In this document: one piece after another, positions 51,603-53,336 of the stretch | How the letters are laid out: every line of letters begins with the position of its first letter | Position numbering within the stretch: the first letter of the stretch is position 1 | Origin: an archaeon | Lineage (GTDB): Archaea; Nanobdellota; Nanobdellia; Pacearchaeales; GW2011-AR1 | Assembly (NCBI GenBank): GCA_043811855.1 | Contig: JBDRMT010000026.1 | Span: forward strand, 1-53,336 | DNA: 53,336 bases | Direction of reading: 5' to 3' | Made by a program: the position numbers and the translations under genes | Notes under the pieces: model-generated | Databases searched by the model: none | Told to the model about the DNA's origin: nothing | What the model saw: the letters and a program-made list of their open reading frames with translations, nothing else

Positions 51603-52802
51603 AGAAAAAAAAGAATCATATTTTACTTTGCAATGGAACCTCAAGTTTATCAATATAAATTTGCAAAGGCTTTAAGAGAAAGAGGTTATGAAACAATTTT
51701 ATTTACAATATCTGAAAAATATAAAATAAACTATGATTTTTATAACCAGGCATTTGATAAAATTTATTGTTCTGATTTTGAATTTAGAGGAGAAAATATA
51801 AAAAACATAAAATATCTTCTAAAGAAAGGACCCAAACTTCTTTATTTTTTAATAAAATCAAAACTAATAAAACCCGATGTAGTTATTGGTCTTTCAGGAA
51901 TAAATTGGCAAGTAAAATTTGCAAGAAAATATTTTTATAAAAAAATTCCTTTTATATTTTTTACTCATGATATGAGATCTCATTTTTTTGAATCAAAAAA
52001 AAGTGCTTTAAAACAAAATCTAGAATTTGAAATAGAAGCAGAAAAATATAATTTTGAAAATGCAGATGGAATAATTCATAAAGGAGCTCCAGAAGGGTTA
52101 GAAGCTATTCAAGGAAGAATCTTTAACAAGGTTAAATTACCAAAACTTCAACTAAGCTTTGAACCTTATTGCTCTAAAGAATTTCAAGTACCTATAAATA
52201 AAGATAAACTTTCAAAAAAAGATAAAGAATTACATTTAGTATATGTAGGTTTTTTTTGGACTAATCAAGGAGAAGCAGGTTCACATTTCTTTAACAAACT
52301 ATTAGACCAAAAAATTCATCTTCACTTATATATTACAGGAATAGGAGATGATCTTTCAAAAGAAGAAAAATTAGATTATCTTAATGATTTTTTTCCAGGA
52401 TGTAAAGAAAATAAATATTTTCATATTCATCCAACCCTTCCTCCCAAGGATTTAATTCCAGAAATTTCTAAATATGACTTTGGATTATTTCCATTGATTC
52501 CTCTTTCAAAAGAAAATATAGAACCAAAGTTTTGCGCATCAAATAAAATAGCTTCTTATTTAGAAGCTGGATTACCTCTAATAACTCCTGAGGAACTTAT
52601 TTTTTTAAATAAAACCTTAAAATCTTATGGATTAGATATAATTTATAATGATAAAAACATAATGGGTTTAAATAAGAGGTTAAAAAAATTAGATTACGAA
52701 GATTTAATTAATAAACTTAAAAAAATGAGAGAAGAATATAGTATAGAAAAAAATATTAACAAACTTCAAGAGTTTATTGAGGAGGTAATTAAAAATAAAT
52801 AA
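51588..52802 (+). CDS. GT-B-fold glycosyltransferase (GT4-like)
   Basis: The C-terminal CASNKIASYLEAGLPLITPEE resembles the GT4 sugar-donor-binding helix. The overall length and N-terminal Rossmann-like half also fit. Confidence 0.5.
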   Translation: MKNNKRKKRIIFYFAMEPQVYQYKFAKALRERGYETILFTISEKYKINYDFYNQAFDKIYCSDFEFRGENIKNIKYLLKKGPKLLYFLIKSKLIKPDVVIGLSGINWQVKFARKYFYKKIPFIFFTHDMRSHFFESKKSALKQNLEFEIEAEKYNFENADGIIHKGAPEGLEAIQGRIFNKVKLPKLQLSFEPYCSKEFQVPINKDKLSKKDKELHLVYVGFFWTNQGEAGSHFFNKLLDQKIHLHLYITGIGDDLSKEEKLDYLNDFFPGCKENKYFHIHPTLPPKDLIPEISKYDFGLFPLIPLSKENIEPKFCASNKIASYLEAGLPLITPEELIFLNKTLKSYGLDIIYNDKNIMGLNKRLKKLDYEDLINKLKKMREEYSIEKNINKLQEFIEEVIKNK

Positions 52803-52811
52803 AAATTAAAA

Positions 52812-53240
52812 ATGAAACCTCCCCAACAAAAAATTGCCCATTTTGATGATCATGCTAGATTTTATGATATAGTTATAAAAACAAATCCTAGATACCTAGC
52901 CATGTTAGATTTCCATCTTGCCTCATTAGATGCTTGTGATGATGTTTTAGATAGTGGAGCTGGAACAGGAAACTTAACTCTTCCACTTTTACAAAGAGGT
53001 AAAAGAGTTTGTGCTGTAGATAATAGTGATGATATGATAACTCAATTAAGAGAAAAATGTAAAGAATATTCTTCAAGATTTGAAATCAGAAAAAGAGATT
53101 TAACTCAACCTTTAGATTTTCCTGATGGATCTTTTGATGGAACTGCATCATGCTATGTTGTACCTTATGTTAATGAACCTGTTTATTTTAGTGAAAACTG
53201 TAGTATCCTGTTATTATTTCCCAACGATAAGTTAAATTGA
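52812..53240 (+). pseudogene. class I SAM-dependent methyltransferase, apparently 3'-truncated by IS insertion
   Basis: Motif I is VLDSGAGTGNLTL, and DNSDDM and DGSFDG are present. After ...CYVVPYVNEP the frame runs into unrelated sequence (ENCSILLLFPNDKLN*), only 4 nt before the stop codon (53245) of an oppositely oriented transposase. At 142 aa it is short for the family. Confidence 0.55.
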
Positions 53241-53244
53241 TTCT

Positions 53245-53336
53245 TCATTTTTTTAGTTTTCTTATAAATGCTTGTGAGGGTGTTTCTAGTATATCAAACT
53301 TAAGAGATCTATGAGGTCTTCTATCATTATACCATT
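53245..53336 (-). CDS. DDE (rve-type) transposase/integrase, C-terminal fragment (the rest lies outside the window)
   Basis: The minus-strand translation from the window edge is WYNDRRPHRSLKFDILETPSQAFIRKLKK*. The WYN-x-x-RPH-x-SL...TP tail is typical of IS481/IS3-type transposases. Confidence 0.55.
   Translation of the reverse strand, partial: WYNDRRPHRSLKFDILETPSQAFIRKLKK

Overview
This is a strongly AT-rich, tightly packed archaeal chromosome segment that looks DPANN-like. The housekeeping core contains: the S13-S4-S11-RpoD-L18e-L13-S9 and L21e-RpoF-DUF655 operons; RpoN, RNase P Rpp21, Dus, XerA, desulfoferrodoxin and SecF/SecD; one 5S rRNA; and four tRNAs (two Leu, Arg-CCT, Gly-TCC). A MacB/FtsX-type ABC exporter sits next to two paralogous membrane-anchored surface proteins. 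From about 34.4 kb to the end there is a nucleotide-sugar/glycan cluster (Gmd, ColD-like 3-dehydratase, SDR epimerase/reductases, glycosyltransferases, Wzx flippase) that carries five radical-SAM domains. The stand-out feature is a complete diversity-generating retroelement (DGR) at 14.9-17.0 kb. It has a target gene with a 101-nt variable region (VR), a 101-nt template region (TR) that differs from the VR almost only at TR adenines, and a DGR-type reverse transcriptase. No Avd-like ORF is visible, and the target has no signal peptide. Other items worth a second look: (1) two compositionally foreign orphan ORFs wedged inside the S13-S4-S11-RpoD operon; (2) two homologous spacer elements in the radical-SAM cluster, each flanked by an exact 16-nt duplication of the downstream gene start and each encoding a related 37/40-codon peptide; (3) two gene fusions, PfkB kinase with SAH hydrolase and Fcl-like reductase with a B12 radical-SAM domain; (4) apparent ATT start codons on rpoN and on a Cas4-like nuclease; (5) a TPR-HEPN protein; (6) a free-standing LAGLIDADG protein beside the 5S rRNA. 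Both window edges are partial transposase genes, and the right-hand one appears to truncate a methyltransferase. No CRISPR array was seen. All calls come from reading the sequence and recalling motifs. No database search was run.
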